Below, piece by piece: positions 1 through 12,252 of a stretch of DNA of 64,000 nucleotides. Each line of letters begins with the position of its first letter. The stretch's first letter is position 1. This stretch comes from Antedon mediterranea (lineage: Eukaryota > Animalia > Echinodermata): contig NC_092679.1 of assembly GCF_964355755.1 (NCBI RefSeq), positions 11,329,432 to 11,393,431 on the forward strand, given 5' to 3'. A program made the translations under genes and the position numbers. Under the pieces are notes generated by a model. The model saw only the letters and a program-made list of their open reading frames with translations. It had not been told where the DNA came from and did not search any database.

Positions 1-250
1 AATTGTCAAAATTTATTTTCGATGAAATTAGAGTACGTTTCAGGCAATTTTAAGCATTTAAAAAATTGCCATGAGTGCGCAGATTTTTGCACGCGCACTG
101 CGCGTTAAACGTTAATGCGCACTCTTTTTGCCCGATTTCTGTTTTACAATCTTTCTTTAATAATATCATCATATTTGATTCAGGTTTCAACTCGAAATTG
201 CGTTATACGAGCACGTCAAAAGTGACTGGCTACGCACGTATAAGTTAACA
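1..250 (+). repeat. Interspersed repeat, copy of the internal part of the element at 47528-48175 (runs off the window start)
   Basis: aaaatttattttcgatgaaat.agagtacgtttcaggcaattttaagc and tttcaactcgaaatt.cgttatacgagcacgtcaaaagtgac recur at ~47900-48030. Confidence 0.7.
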
Positions 251-2091
251 AAATGGTGAAAATATGCTAAATTTTAAAATTAATATATATCGTCAGAATG
301 CAGGGGAACACCTATTTTTTATTTCATTTTCTTGAAGTGTATGTATCATATGTATGATTTATTATCAAATAAAGAGAACAAAAGTTGATTAAGTCATCAT
401 TAATTGCATATTAAATTTTAAAAAAATAATTTCGACAATCAAACAAATTATGACATTTTCTTAGGCCAAAATAACAAACTTAACATTAACTTTCTTCCTT
501 CAAAAATTCATATATTAAAGTTAAAAGTATGTAGTTTGACAGTGCATCATTTGTATACATTTTAAAGATGTCATCATAGTAAAAAATTATAATTCATTTC
601 GGTATGTAATTAGGTATCCCAATGAAAAAATTCAGATTAATTTTTTTACATTTTCTTTCAGTTAACCATAAAGAACTTAATGTAATTAGCATTTTGCAAT
701 TTAAATGATTGAAATCCGATTACCCGTTCTAAAGTTATGGTTATTTAAAGTGGTAAAAAAATATACGATTTTTTGCCTAAAAATGGTGTTTTTTGCAGTT
801 GAAATTGGAAGCATTTTTAAAAGGTTATAACTTTTACAATAATTAGTTAAAAGTTTTGAATTTTGTTAAACCTATAGATATCACAGAGTTGTACAACTCT
901 ATTTTTTTTGGAGCCTCAACGAAACCTATTTTTTAAATTATTGGTCCGCAAATTGGTAGGAAAGCATTTAACGCCCATTTTTGCTGGAATTCCCTAAAAA
1001 ATGAAAAAACTGCAACTTTTCAATGATCTGTAACTTTTGAACTACTGTACTAATTCATTTAATTTTTTTTGTACTTGTTAGAATGTAGTGTATATTTCAT
1101 TAATAAATATATTTCAGATGTGTATATGAAAAAAAAAAATTTTTTTAATGGTGAAATTTAAAATTATAAAAAAAAAAATGAAAAAGTATGTTAAAAACGG
1201 TGTGTACTGTTTCCTTTCTTTTACACTAATTTTCGGTAAGTATAATTATTAGAATATTTTAATATACTTTATATTTATAATTTCAATCATAAATACTATT
1301 ATATATAACTTTTGAATACGTAAAACAAGATTTTAGGCCCATATGATTATGACACCAAATCTAAGCCGGGCTGCTAAGTAAGATATGCTCTTTTAAGGCA
1401 AACGCACAATATGGGTCAAAATAAACTCATTTAAAATAATCAATGTTAATTAAAACAATTAATTGTTTACCTGAATAGTATATATAACATTATAAAAATT
1501 GTTTTCTTTTCGTATTATTACGTTATTAAATTGAAATACGGAGCTAAAGTTTAGGCCAAGTCACGGCTTACTCGCGATCAGTAGTCGCTCCCGTTAAAGT
1601 ATTTCGGTCGCAGTTAATGACTTTCGGCCGCCGTATACAGAGTCAAATGTAACGTTGGTAAATTAGCTTAATAAATTTCCTCGGTACATTTTAACCTAAC
1701 GCATTTGCATTGTATACTTGCATAATAAATCTTCCGCACATTACATCAATTTTAAGTTGTTAAATTAATGTGTAAAACCAGATATTCTACGACGGAAAAG
1801 GACATGTCAATCTCCGACATCGCTGCTGTCACACATCTCGCGTCGAGCCGGTCGAACTCGAGCGAGGAAAACTAAACAACGTGTTCAAAATATGGAACGT
1901 ACCATTCGCTGATAGGGTGCATTAATGTCGAGGTTCAGGGGCCGAAGGCCCCTGAAAAAATTTTCTATATTGACCTTTATAAGACTCATTTTAATGATGG
2001 TTTATATGTGTAATTTTTTACATTTTTTTTTATTAATAATATTATCATTGTTCAGGTGAATGATTTTAATAAAGCAAAACATTACTTTTAC

Positions 2092-2133
2092 CATGGACGT
2101 AATTATACGTACCTCCCGGTTTATACCTCCATG
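2092..2133. mobile_element. 42-bp CATGGA...TCCATG palindromic remnant with 7-bp TSD (P-like footprint candidate)
   Basis: Flanked by cttttac / ctttgac (1 mismatch). Confidence 0.45.
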
Positions 2134-4475
2134 CTTTGACAGTGTAAGTGTAGGCCTACCATTTGGACCTAAACATAACTGCCTTTGTGGTTAACTTGCC
2201 CCTGAAGAACGCCTAGGTCTAGCTAGCTTGCATGAATTAAATTAAGTTGTTCGATTTAGCCGAGAATATTTTTTCAAGATAAAAACCTCTTATTGATATT
2301 CATGCCGCACAACAACCACGTAGAAAAACATCACGATGTACTTACATGAACGAACGTACATTTCGCCAGGTCTGCGGCCTGGGCGATGAATGATCTAGGC
2401 TATCATCCGAGCCATACTACAGTATACTCGCGCTAATGATGTAATTCACAAAATAAAAAATAATAACAGTACAAGATATATAGTATGTTTCAATTCAATG
2501 TTTTTTTAATAAATACACGTAGTCGGGAAGTTACTCCACAAAGCAGTCGGCGTGGAACGGTTGATTAGCCTACAGTTTAATTCGCCGTTTTTTTTTAATA
2601 TTCTCCATGATTCATTCATACAGAGGAGATAAGAAAATCGCGCACAGCATGCAAAGCTAGCAAGCTGCATGCTAGGTTGTGATGTTCACTCAAGTGGAAC
2701 TTGAGCGTACCGTCCAATCAGCATTAAGTACATGACAGTTCTGCTTGGTTGATTTTCAAAGCTGTGTGTTTTGTGCTAGGCTAGCTGCATTGTGCGATGT
2801 GAGCTTGTGTTAGCTAGAATATGCCCGATATTTCGCGGAAAAAAAAGGAATTTAGGGTGGGCGGACAGGTACGTCTGACGCTGGGCGGAAGGCCTTAAAA
2901 TTAGCTTTAGACTGGGCGGGAGGCTTTTAGGCAGGGCGGCCCCGCCCGGCTCCGCCCTGCACAATTACATCCCTGGATTATACACATGATTTATAATGAA
3001 ATCTAGATAAAAATTAACTTATGTCTTTATTATTATGTAACAACAAATGTGGTTTATGACATTATACGCATATGGATCTTTGATCGGATTGTGATACCGG
3101 CTATGGTGTTCGCGTTAGCAAGGTCCTATCATATATTATAAATAATTAAAGATTCTGAGAAAATCAATCAATCAATATATCTTTTAAAAATCAATTATCT
3201 TTATTTAAATCAATGCATATAACCTATAATTCGTCATAGTGACGAATTAAATCTAGTTTGTACTTTAAAATTTTAAAATATAATAATAACATTGCTGCAT
3301 TTTCAAAGACAAGTCTTTCCTTACACATTGTTTGATTTTCAAGCTATAAAAAAGAAACAATAAATGCTAGGCCTACCTCGACAGTATTCGACGTCATGGA
3401 GAGACTACTGGGGAGAGAGAGTGTGATTGATAGACGATCGCGAATGTATGAAGGCTAGAGAGAAAATGCTGTGCTTTTAAAACATAGTCTACTATTGCCG
3501 TCTTCGTCTTATTATAGGCCTATCCAGAATAATTACAGACAATTTTTGTGCTACGGAAGTCGCCATCTTGCAGAGATAACAAGCAATATCGGTACATGCA
3601 TCGGCGTTTGTCACCACAATTTTTCTGTGGTGCCCATTCTTATACACTGTTATGTTTTTTTCGATAGTGAAAAAATATTTTTATTTCTTTCAATCATACA
3701 GTGATGTAGGCCAATCTTTTAACATTTTACAGTAATATTTTTTCACATACGACCCTCCGTTTAAGAATTTAAGAATGAGGTGTCCTGATATTCCCTCAAA
3801 GCACTACAGTAGGTTATTTTTGTTTTTTTTTACGCTCCGCTGGTCATGACTGTTCACCATAAGAGAAGCTAACACCTTGTTCATTTATAAACATTAGATT
3901 AGACACCAGCTCAGAAGCTGATGCATGAGGATGATTAACATTTCACCACTCTGGCGTGAGCATGGTTTTAAGATACCGTATTATATACTACTGTATATAA
4001 ATAAAATATATAGATAATAATATGCAGTTATAAATCAAACTACAGGGCCTAGGCCTAGGATAATATGTAAAATGATTATGTGAGAATAATAATGGATTGA
4101 TAATAAAGGTGGAAAATGATTAGATTTATGAACGCCGGTATGTTAGACACCGAGTTATACTTGCTTGATAATTTTCTTGTATTACCTACAGTACGTTTCA
4201 GAACGATATGATTAGTTTTTTTGGTCTCATGGCATGAAACGCGATACTCTCTGCTTTACCGCAATCTTTCACATGTTTTTTTTAAACTCAGTACGAGAGG
4301 GTGGCTGGGTGATGACGATTAATAAGATCGTGTACCTGGATTTTGTGTCACACGACATGAAACATAATACCCTCTCTCTCTAAAACTGCTCACATATTTT
4401 TTCCCCTCCAAATTCTGGTTGGGCCTTTTTCTTTACACATGTCGTAATCATTTTAAAAGGCCTAAGCCTATGTTA

Positions 4476-5728
4476 CAGGGCTCGATTTTTTAAATTTTAC
4501 TAGCTAGACCACTGGGCTTGTTCAATGTGAGTTTCACTAGCCCACTGGATGTTTCACTAGTCCGCTTATTGACTAAATCTTACTGGGTATATACCGCACA
4601 CCTGAATCAAAACTAACTAAACTACTGTAAGTTCTAGTTAGTTTATAAATACAGTAGTGCCACAGACAAAAAGTTTATCATGTAAAGCAATGAGTGAATG
4701 CACTAAATTGCTCTCCTTGTACTGTATTTCAAATAAAATATGACCACCCAACCCCACTATCCTCACACACTAAATCCTAGCACCTACTCATGGACTTCAA
4801 ACTATACTGCGGTAATTTTTTTTATAGAAATCCGGCCATGGCCTAACTTGACTGGGTGCCATTGGCCAACCAGGCATACTTAACCTCTGGCTAGCTAGGC
4901 TACTAGGCCTATAATAATAAATAATATAGGGCTAGGCCTAGAACTAGGCCTAGAAATTAAAAACAAAAAAGTACCTGTATTTCACAAAGTAATACAAAAA
5001 AAATATTAATGACAAGTTACTAAGTATATCATTTGAATATTACATCTTAAAAATGTAATTAAGGAAAGGGTATTTGGCTGTGTTTACATACGGCGAAGAG
5101 CTAGACCAGCTGCTGGGATGGTGAGACTAGAGCACATGTTTTGTCACTAAATTTGGGTAACCAAATTGGTTGATTTTTTTCGGAGAAAAAAAATTAATTA
5201 AAATTCCAAAGACAGAAGTGAAGCATCTTCCTCTAATTAATAAACATAGGCCTACTTCTATTAAAAATTTTTTGTATTAACTATATTTTATACATTAAAA
5301 TTGATTTGTTCAATAAAAGCAACCATTTGGTTGGTACTTGTTCTGGCTTAAAAGACTAGTTGAGGCATTTATCTGACACCGCACTGGATACACTGTGAGG
5401 TGTAATGGAAGTAAATTGGCACTTGAAAGCAGACAGGGGAATCCCCTTATTGGTGACTTGACACGCTGATTTAAGGAGCGTGATTAGTTGCTCTCCTTCG
5501 TTAACGAGGAACGTGATTGCGAAGGCACTCTATAAAAATGATGAACTACAAACAATTAGGCCAGTGGCTAGAGTATTTTAATAATGCATTTTAAAAGTCT
5601 AGGCCTAAATATTCTCTAGCCTAATTATTTCCACACTAGACACCCGGGCTTGATGGGCGGAAGATTGACTAACCCAGAGCAGTTTTAACTAGACATTGTA
5701 CGCCGGACTAGTGAAATATCGAGCCCTG
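4476..5728. mobile_element. Non-autonomous TIR DNA transposon (hAT-like termini, 5-bp TSD)
   Basis: Termini CAGGGCTCGAT / ATCGAGCCCTG; tgtta directly repeated on both sides; subterminal actag motifs at both ends. Confidence 0.65.
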
Positions 5729-6816
5729 TGTTATATCTTAATATGGAATATATATTTATTTTGCATATATTTTGTTGGTGTCCTAGCCTAGGCCTAGGTG
5801 TCGTTGTTTTTATAATTTGTAGGTATTCCAAGGTAGGATTAAAGAATTTATAGTGTAGGCCGCCGAAACAGGCTAGACTCGACTCTCTCTACGTGAGCAT
5901 AGGTCCACCGGCCCGATGCCGTTTCGTCGGCGGTTTCCGTCCAAATTATATGAATGTAAAAGAAGTAAAATAACCAACAAATACATGTATTATTTATTTG
6001 ATGAACATTTTTGCGAATTTTTATGGTTTTTTTAAATTTGGCTGAAGGATTTTAAATTTGGCTGTTTTTCAAAACCTTTTGCCGAAAATTTGACCTTAGC
6101 GCGAGCATAGAATGTGATGTTTTCCTGAATTATTATATTCTGTTAAAACGATCAAAAACAGAAATTATAACGATCTGCTGCTTTTTAATACTCATTGTTC
6201 TCTTATTAAAGGCACTATGGGCGTGCCATAGATACGCATGTTTAGTTTGTTTTTGTTGCTAAACTCATCGTTTTAATTTTTAACATAAATTCGAATGATT
6301 TTTGCTACAAAATTTGTGTTTTCATAATTAATTAAGCCTTCTCTCGTTTGGTAGGTATTTGCAACATTCTGAGTCTCATTAGTACTAGTAGTATAGTAGG
6401 ACCCTCTGCCGTCGGCGGCAGCTCGGAGGAGTCGATCGTAGAGAAGGAGCAGACAGCATGCAAAAAAAAAAAAAGAAAATGCCTCCTACACAGGCCTGCA
6501 AATCTATTACTGGAAAAATTACAAATTCATCATTACGTATGCAATCGCCCATTATACTCATGTCTACATACTTACTAATTAAATGCCTGTTTCAGACGTT
6601 TTGACGTTTCTTCAGTTCCGCGCTTTTTTGTGTTCTCTTCTTTGAAATTGATCCGATGATCCAGAGACCCATGCCCGACACACGATGATGATCGAGAGCT
6701 AGCTGTTAGCCTCTCAGAAAGTTGTGTGCGTATGGAACGGAAAAGGGGCATATGTTACAAAACACCAGCTAATAATGGCACGATGTAGTTATAGACCGGC
6801 AGCCCAGAGACATTTG

Positions 6817-7765
6817 GTTAGATGAGCTAGGTACCAATATCTGACTATTTGAGTGTGTTGGGGGTCACTTGAAGTGAATGAAAATGGGAGTCTGCTGGGT
6901 ACCCCCTGCTGCGTCTAGACCGGGGGGACCCCGAAACGTGCTAAAAAATCGGCACAGGTTAGATGAGAGAGATACCACCTAATTTTACCACCATGGGATG
7001 CCCATTGGCATCCTTATAACAGTATCACAAACGACAGACTTTTTCTCTGCTGCAAAAGGCCCGCCAGACCCCCCCCCCCCCCCGAGGGAGGGCCTAAAAT
7101 GGGGTTAGCATAGATGAGTGAGGTACCACTCAAAATCAATTCCAAACGAACAAGTTGTGTTCATACAATACTAAATGGATAACAACAGACTAATTGTCTG
7201 CTGCACCGCAAGTGCGAGACACCCTAAAGTTAGACTAGAGGCCCCCCTTCCCCCAACTAACCCAGCTTAGATATTGTAGATACCACCAGCAACCAATGTT
7301 ATATGATTTAGCACATTGTAAGCAATACCAAATGACCTATTACAGACTATCTGAACACTGCCTTGGCCCTGGCAGACCCCTCTAAAGTTAGATTAGAGAC
7401 CCTCTTTCCCCAACTAGCCCAGCTTAGATATTGTAGATACCACCAGCAACCAATGTTATATGATTTAGCACATTGTAAGCAATCACCAAATGACCTATTA
7501 CAAACTATCTGTACACTGCCTTGACCCTGGCAGACCCCTCTAAAGTTCGACTAGAGACTCCATTCCCCCAACTGGCCTAGCTTAGATATTGTTGATACCA
7601 CCAGCAACCAATGTTATAATTATGATTTAGCACATTGTAAGCAATACAAAATGACCTATAACAGACTATCTGTACACTGCCTTGGCACTGGCAGACCCCT
7701 CTAAAGTTCCCCCATTTACCCCAAGTATATAGCCTACCTTAGATATTGTAGATACCACCAGCAGC
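6817..7765 (+). repeat. Subterminal tandem array, ~157-bp unit (left arm)
   Basis: (g/c)cttagatattgt(a/t)gataccaccagca at 7265, 7422, 7580, 7737; diverged versions at 6817, 6957, 7108. Confidence 0.85.
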
Positions 7766-8297
7766 AAAAAAATAACCACCCAAAACAACATGTTTAATTG
7801 AATAAAGTTTAACTTTAATCGAACTAACACAAAACAATTGAAAATATATCACATCAATGACGATAAAATGACCATTACCATTCTAAAGGGGAAAATAGTT
7901 TAAGAGTTTCAATTAAAACTTATATATTATAAGCCAAATATATATAACAAGTATGGATTCGGGTAAATTTAGCATTCCTTGCCTTTGGATGTCAAAGATA
8001 CATCCGTCTGTAACTCTTGGACATATTTTGAGAGAAAGCTTAGTAATCACCCTAATCAAATTCAGGATTGTAGTAACTTAATCTTAAGTGATTTGATTAA
8101 TTAATAGTGGGTAATTTTAAATGCTGTATATTATAATCTTAATCCTGTATTCATATGTATATATATATATTTATAAATCCAAAGGCAAATTACTGAAAAA
8201 ATGACAATGCTGTGGGTATCAGTGGCTGGATCTCAATGGAGATACAAAAAAAAAGCGAAAAGCTAAATCAAAACGATAAAGTAAACAGCCAGAAAAG

Positions 8298-8341
8298 TTA
8301 GCAGAGCTTTCGCGCAACACTAGCCCTTCATCAGTGCAAGT
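8298..8341 (-). ncRNA. Minimal type I hammerhead ribozyme motif (PLE pLTR, inverted copy)
   Basis: Minus strand reads ttgca CTGATGA a gggc tagtgtt gcgc GAAA gc TC tgc: intact core, one mismatch in stem II, palindromic AGCT in place of stem III. Confidence 0.75.
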
Positions 8342-8793
8342 CTTATATAGATGCGTTGAGGCTGCAAACGTGCTCAATTGGAATCAAGAGCGAATATATA
8401 TTTTTATAAAGTAGATGGAACACGGACGTCTATTACACGGTGTTTTACGTTAAACGATCTTCAGATAGACTGAACACTACCGTATCTCGATCGAAAAAAA
8501 TATAAAAAAAAAAAAATATAAATATATATAATTTTATTTTATGTACTTTATTTATGTAGATATGTAGTACTGTATCTATTTAAAAAGGTATTTGAACAAA
8601 ATTAGAGATCTCAATGAGATCCAAATTGACAATTGCCGCAAAATCCTCACTGAGTTTGACGTTGAAATTCACTCTAGAACTAAGAAGTTGAAAAGAGAAC
8701 TTCCTGCATCCTAGTTTCAAAACAAATTCTGGATTATCGCCAATGACTGCCGTAAACAATCAACGGTAATGGCCCGAAGGGAACATCACAAAT

Positions 8794-10370
8794 TTGGTCT
8801 ACCATGCAGACTTGGTCATTTCAACACAAATGACTCTACCTTCGGATGACTTCAGGGCTTTTAGGAAACCCTGCAGAAGGTTCGTTGGGACATATAACAA
8901 GAATCAGAGCAACACCTCTGATTCAGTTGTTGAAATTAATTGTCGACTTTCCGAAGGAGAGAAAAAACTTCCTTCCCGAGGACTTAAATTCTGCCCAAAA
9001 CCAAGGCAGGTCGGCGCACAACAAGTATCTTTGGATATAGAGTCTTTTTCTAGAAGATTACGATTACGTGAATATTTTGCTGATTCAGACAGCAGCACCA
9101 CACAAAACGAAGGCAACGTTAACAAATTTAAACCAAAAAGTTCCTGGAATCCACCTAAAAATCGTTGTCCAGCTTTAGAAACATTTATCCAGGCTATTGA
9201 GGAGGATGTACAAAACTACGTCCCGAGTCCAGATAAACGTGACAATCTCAAAACAAGAGAGGCAGGCCATTGCCAAATTGCGTCAGTGTAATGATATCAT
9301 CATTAAACCCGCTGATAAAGGTCCTGCCACTGTTGCTATGGACATCAAATTTTATTAAGAGGAATCCTTAAGACAGCTTCATTATATATCGTAAACTCAC
9401 AACGGAACCCACCCCGGAAATTGCGGATAAGGTGGCAAAATCTGTTTCTGTGATGGTAAAAAAAAACACTCCATCGATCCTAAGATTTACAGTTACCAAA
9501 TCCACTAGTAGCGTTGATTTTGTGGACACTATAGTGACCATAGAAAATGGTACTCTCAAAACTGACCTATTCCGTAAATCCACTGATAAAAATATGTACC
9601 TGCTCCCTAGCAGTTGTCATCCCCAACATTGTACTAAAAACATACCGAACAGTAAAGCATTACCTATTAGACGTATCTGTTCTTCAGATTTAGATTTTCA
9701 GAATCGTACCGAAGAACTAACCGGACATCTCCGGAGTAGAAATTACAAACCTATCAACCTAGGTTGCCTCCATTACGGGGCTATTAATTTATTGAGAAAC
9801 ATATGCCCATTCTACAGTCCACAGAACGTCTCAGGACTGTTTTTCCGGAACCACCCATTATTGCATTTCGTAGACCTCCCAACCTTCGTGATATATTAGT
9901 CAGATCCAAATGTAAGAGTGAAATTAACTCTCATGACAGTCAAAATTTGGGCAGTCACCTTTGCGGCAAATCTTGCAAAACTTGTTCATTGGTTGATTCT
10001 ACTGAAAAATGTAAGAGTAACCAAACTGGCCGCATTTTTCGGATAAGACAATCAATTAATTGTCTAACCAAAAACGTCATTTATCTCATATACTGTAATA
10101 TTTGTGGCAAACAGTACGTCGGAGAAACAAAAAACACTCTCCGTATGAGAATGACACAACACAGATCAGCTATCAACACATTAAAGCTTGTTCAACCTAT
10201 AGCCGAACATTTTAATTCATCTGGTCACTCGATAACAAATTTCAGAGTTATTGCAATATTCCATGTGTCAAATGGAGCGACAAAACTTGCAAAGACAAGG
10301 AAAACCACTGGGAATTACAACTTAAAACCACAAAACCTTTTGTACTTAACATTAGAAACATACTCCCAGG
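8794..10370 (+). pseudogene. PLE reverse transcriptase / GIY-YIG endonuclease pseudogene
   Basis: Split over frames by frameshifts and stops. The RT jumps from just after the KPADKG motif to the FVD thumb region (~9470), so the YxDD core is deleted. The endonuclease frameshifts near 10260 before KENHWELQLKT..PFVLN. Confidence 0.88.
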
Positions 10371-10432
10371 TTGGTAAAATTATTCCATTGTCTACCTAAA
10401 TTTAAGTTTCAATATTAACCACCATTTAAGCT

Positions 10433-10558
10433 GTTTTTAGTCGCGTGGACGCGACTCTATAGTTCACTATGTCGGCGGTCGGTCGGTCTGTCGGTCTGTC
10501 TGTCGGTCCGGTATCACTATGCGTTTTAGCACGCGACTTATGGCTGTTGGCCATGTTT
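10433..10558 (+). mobile_element. Minimal Helentron-associated (DINE-1-like) element inserted in the PLE 3' region
   Basis: tttttAGTCGCGTG...GTCG/GTCT microsatellite...CACGCGACT, then a short 3' hairpin (tggc tgttg gcca); same ends as 47528-48175. Confidence 0.7.
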
Positions 10559-10704
10559 AGTTTCATTCCAAAATTGTTTATACTGTATCTCTACCAAGCT
10601 ACCTTCCTTGTTTTCTACTCTTATTCAGACTCCACCCTGTCTCCTTTTGTTGTATTTCTTTTATTCCTGTCCACCCAGGCAGCACTTGCCAGCTCTTATC
10701 CTTC

Positions 10705-10748
10705 ACTTGCAATGATGAAGGGCTAGTGTTGCCCGAAAGCTCTGCTAA
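10705..10748 (+). ncRNA. Minimal type I hammerhead ribozyme motif (PLE 3' pLTR), core C3A variant
   Basis: ttgca ATGATGA a gggc tagtgtt gccc GAAA gc TC tgc: perfect stem II, first core base is A instead of C. Confidence 0.7.
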
Positions 10749-11301
10749 CGTTTCTGGCTGTTTTACTTTATCCTTTTGATTTAGCTTTTCACTTTTTGTT
10801 TGTATCTCCATTGAGATTCAGCCACTGATACCCACAGCATTGTCATTTTTTCAGTTATTTGCCTTTGGATTTATATATATAAATATATATAGAGGATTAA
10901 GATTATAATATACAGCATTTAAAATTACCAACTATTAATTAATCAAATCACTTTGGATTAAGTTACTACAATCCTGAATTTGATTAAGGTGATTACTAAG
11001 CTTTCTCTTAAAATAGGTTGCAAGAGTTACAGACGAATGTATCTTTGACATTCAAAGGCAAGGAATTCCAGATCCTCACAATTCTTAACAGGAATGCTAA
11101 ATTTACTCGAATCCGTACTTGTTTATATTTGGCTTATATAGGCCTAAGTTTGAAGTGAAACTCTTAAACTATTTTTCCCTTTAAAATGGTAATGGTCATT
11201 TTATCGTCATTGATGTGATATATTTTCAATTGTTTTGTGTTAGTTCGGTTAAAGTTAAACTTTATTTAATTAAATATGTTGTTTTGGGTGGTTTTTTTTT
11301 T

Positions 11302-12252
11302 GCTGCTGGTGGTATCTACAATATCTAAGGTAAGCTATATACTTGGGGTAAATGGGGAAACTTTAGAGGGGTCTGCCAGTGCCAAGGCAGTGTACAGATA
11401 GTCTGTTATAGGTCATTTGGTATTGCTTACAATGTGCTAAATCATAATTATAACATTGGTTGCTGGTGGTATCTACAAGATCTAAGCTAGGCCAGTTGGG
11501 GGAATGGAGTCTCTAGTCGAACTTTAGAGGGGTCTGCCAGGGCCAAGGCAGTGTACAGATAGTTTGTAATAGGTCATTTGGTGATTGCTTACAATGTGCT
11601 AAATCATATAACATTGGTTGCTGGTGGTATCTACAATATCTAAGCTGGGCTAGTTGGGGAAAGAGGGGTCTCTAGTCTAACTTTAGAGGGGTCTGCCAGG
11701 GCCAAGGCAGTGTACAGATAGTCTGTAATAGGTCATTTGGTATTGCCTACATGTGCTAAATCATATAACATTGGTTGCTGGTGGTATCTACAATATCTAA
11801 GCTGGGTTAGTTGAGGGAAGGGGGGCCTCTAGTCTAACTTTAGGGTGTCTCGCACTTGCGGTGCAGCAGACAATTAGTCTGTTGTTATCCATTTAGTATT
11901 GTATGAACACAACTTGTTCGTTTGGAATTGATTTTGAGTGGTACCTCACTCATCTATGCTAACCCCATTTTAGGCCCTCCCTCGGGGGGGGGGGGGGGGT
12001 CTGGCGGGCCTTTTGCAGCAGAGAAAAAGTCTGTCGTTTGTGATACTGTTATAAGGATGCCAATGGGCATCCCATGGTGGTAAAATTAGGTGGTATCTCT
12101 CTCATCTAACCTGTGCCGATTTTTTAGCACGTTTCGGGGTCCCCCCGGTCTAGACGCAGCAGGGGGTACCCGGCAGACTCCCATTTTCATTCACTTCAAG
12201 TGACCCCCAACACACTCAAATAGTCAGATATTGGTACCTAGCTCATCTAACC
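11302..12252 (-). repeat. Subterminal tandem array, ~157-bp unit (right arm, mirror of 6817-7765)
   Basis: tgctggtggtatctacaa(t/g)atctaag repeated at ~157-bp spacing. Confidence 0.85.

Larger units (their letters stand above)
8171..10875 (+). mobile_element. Penelope-like retroelement (Neptune-like), defective, with inverted 5' copy of its 3' terminal repeat
   Basis: ORF fragments RGLKFCPKP, RRLRLREYF, IIIKPADKG, FVDTIV...DLFRKSTDKNMYL, AFRRPPNLRDILV, Cys linker CGKSCKTC, GIY-YIG-type NVIYLIYCNICGKQYVGET..R...H...HF...H. 8171-8341 is the reverse complement of 10705-10875; both ends abut (TA)n. Confidence 0.9.

Noticed and set aside
1915-2975. TIR element ending ...acatccctg
   Set aside because: The right end looks hAT-like but I could not identify a matching left terminus or TSD.
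9803-10399. Stand-alone intact GIY-YIG nuclease gene (e.g. a domesticated or homing nuclease)
   Set aside because: It frameshifts near 10260 before the conserved E..W...L.T..P..LN segment, and it is the tail of a broken PLE ORF.
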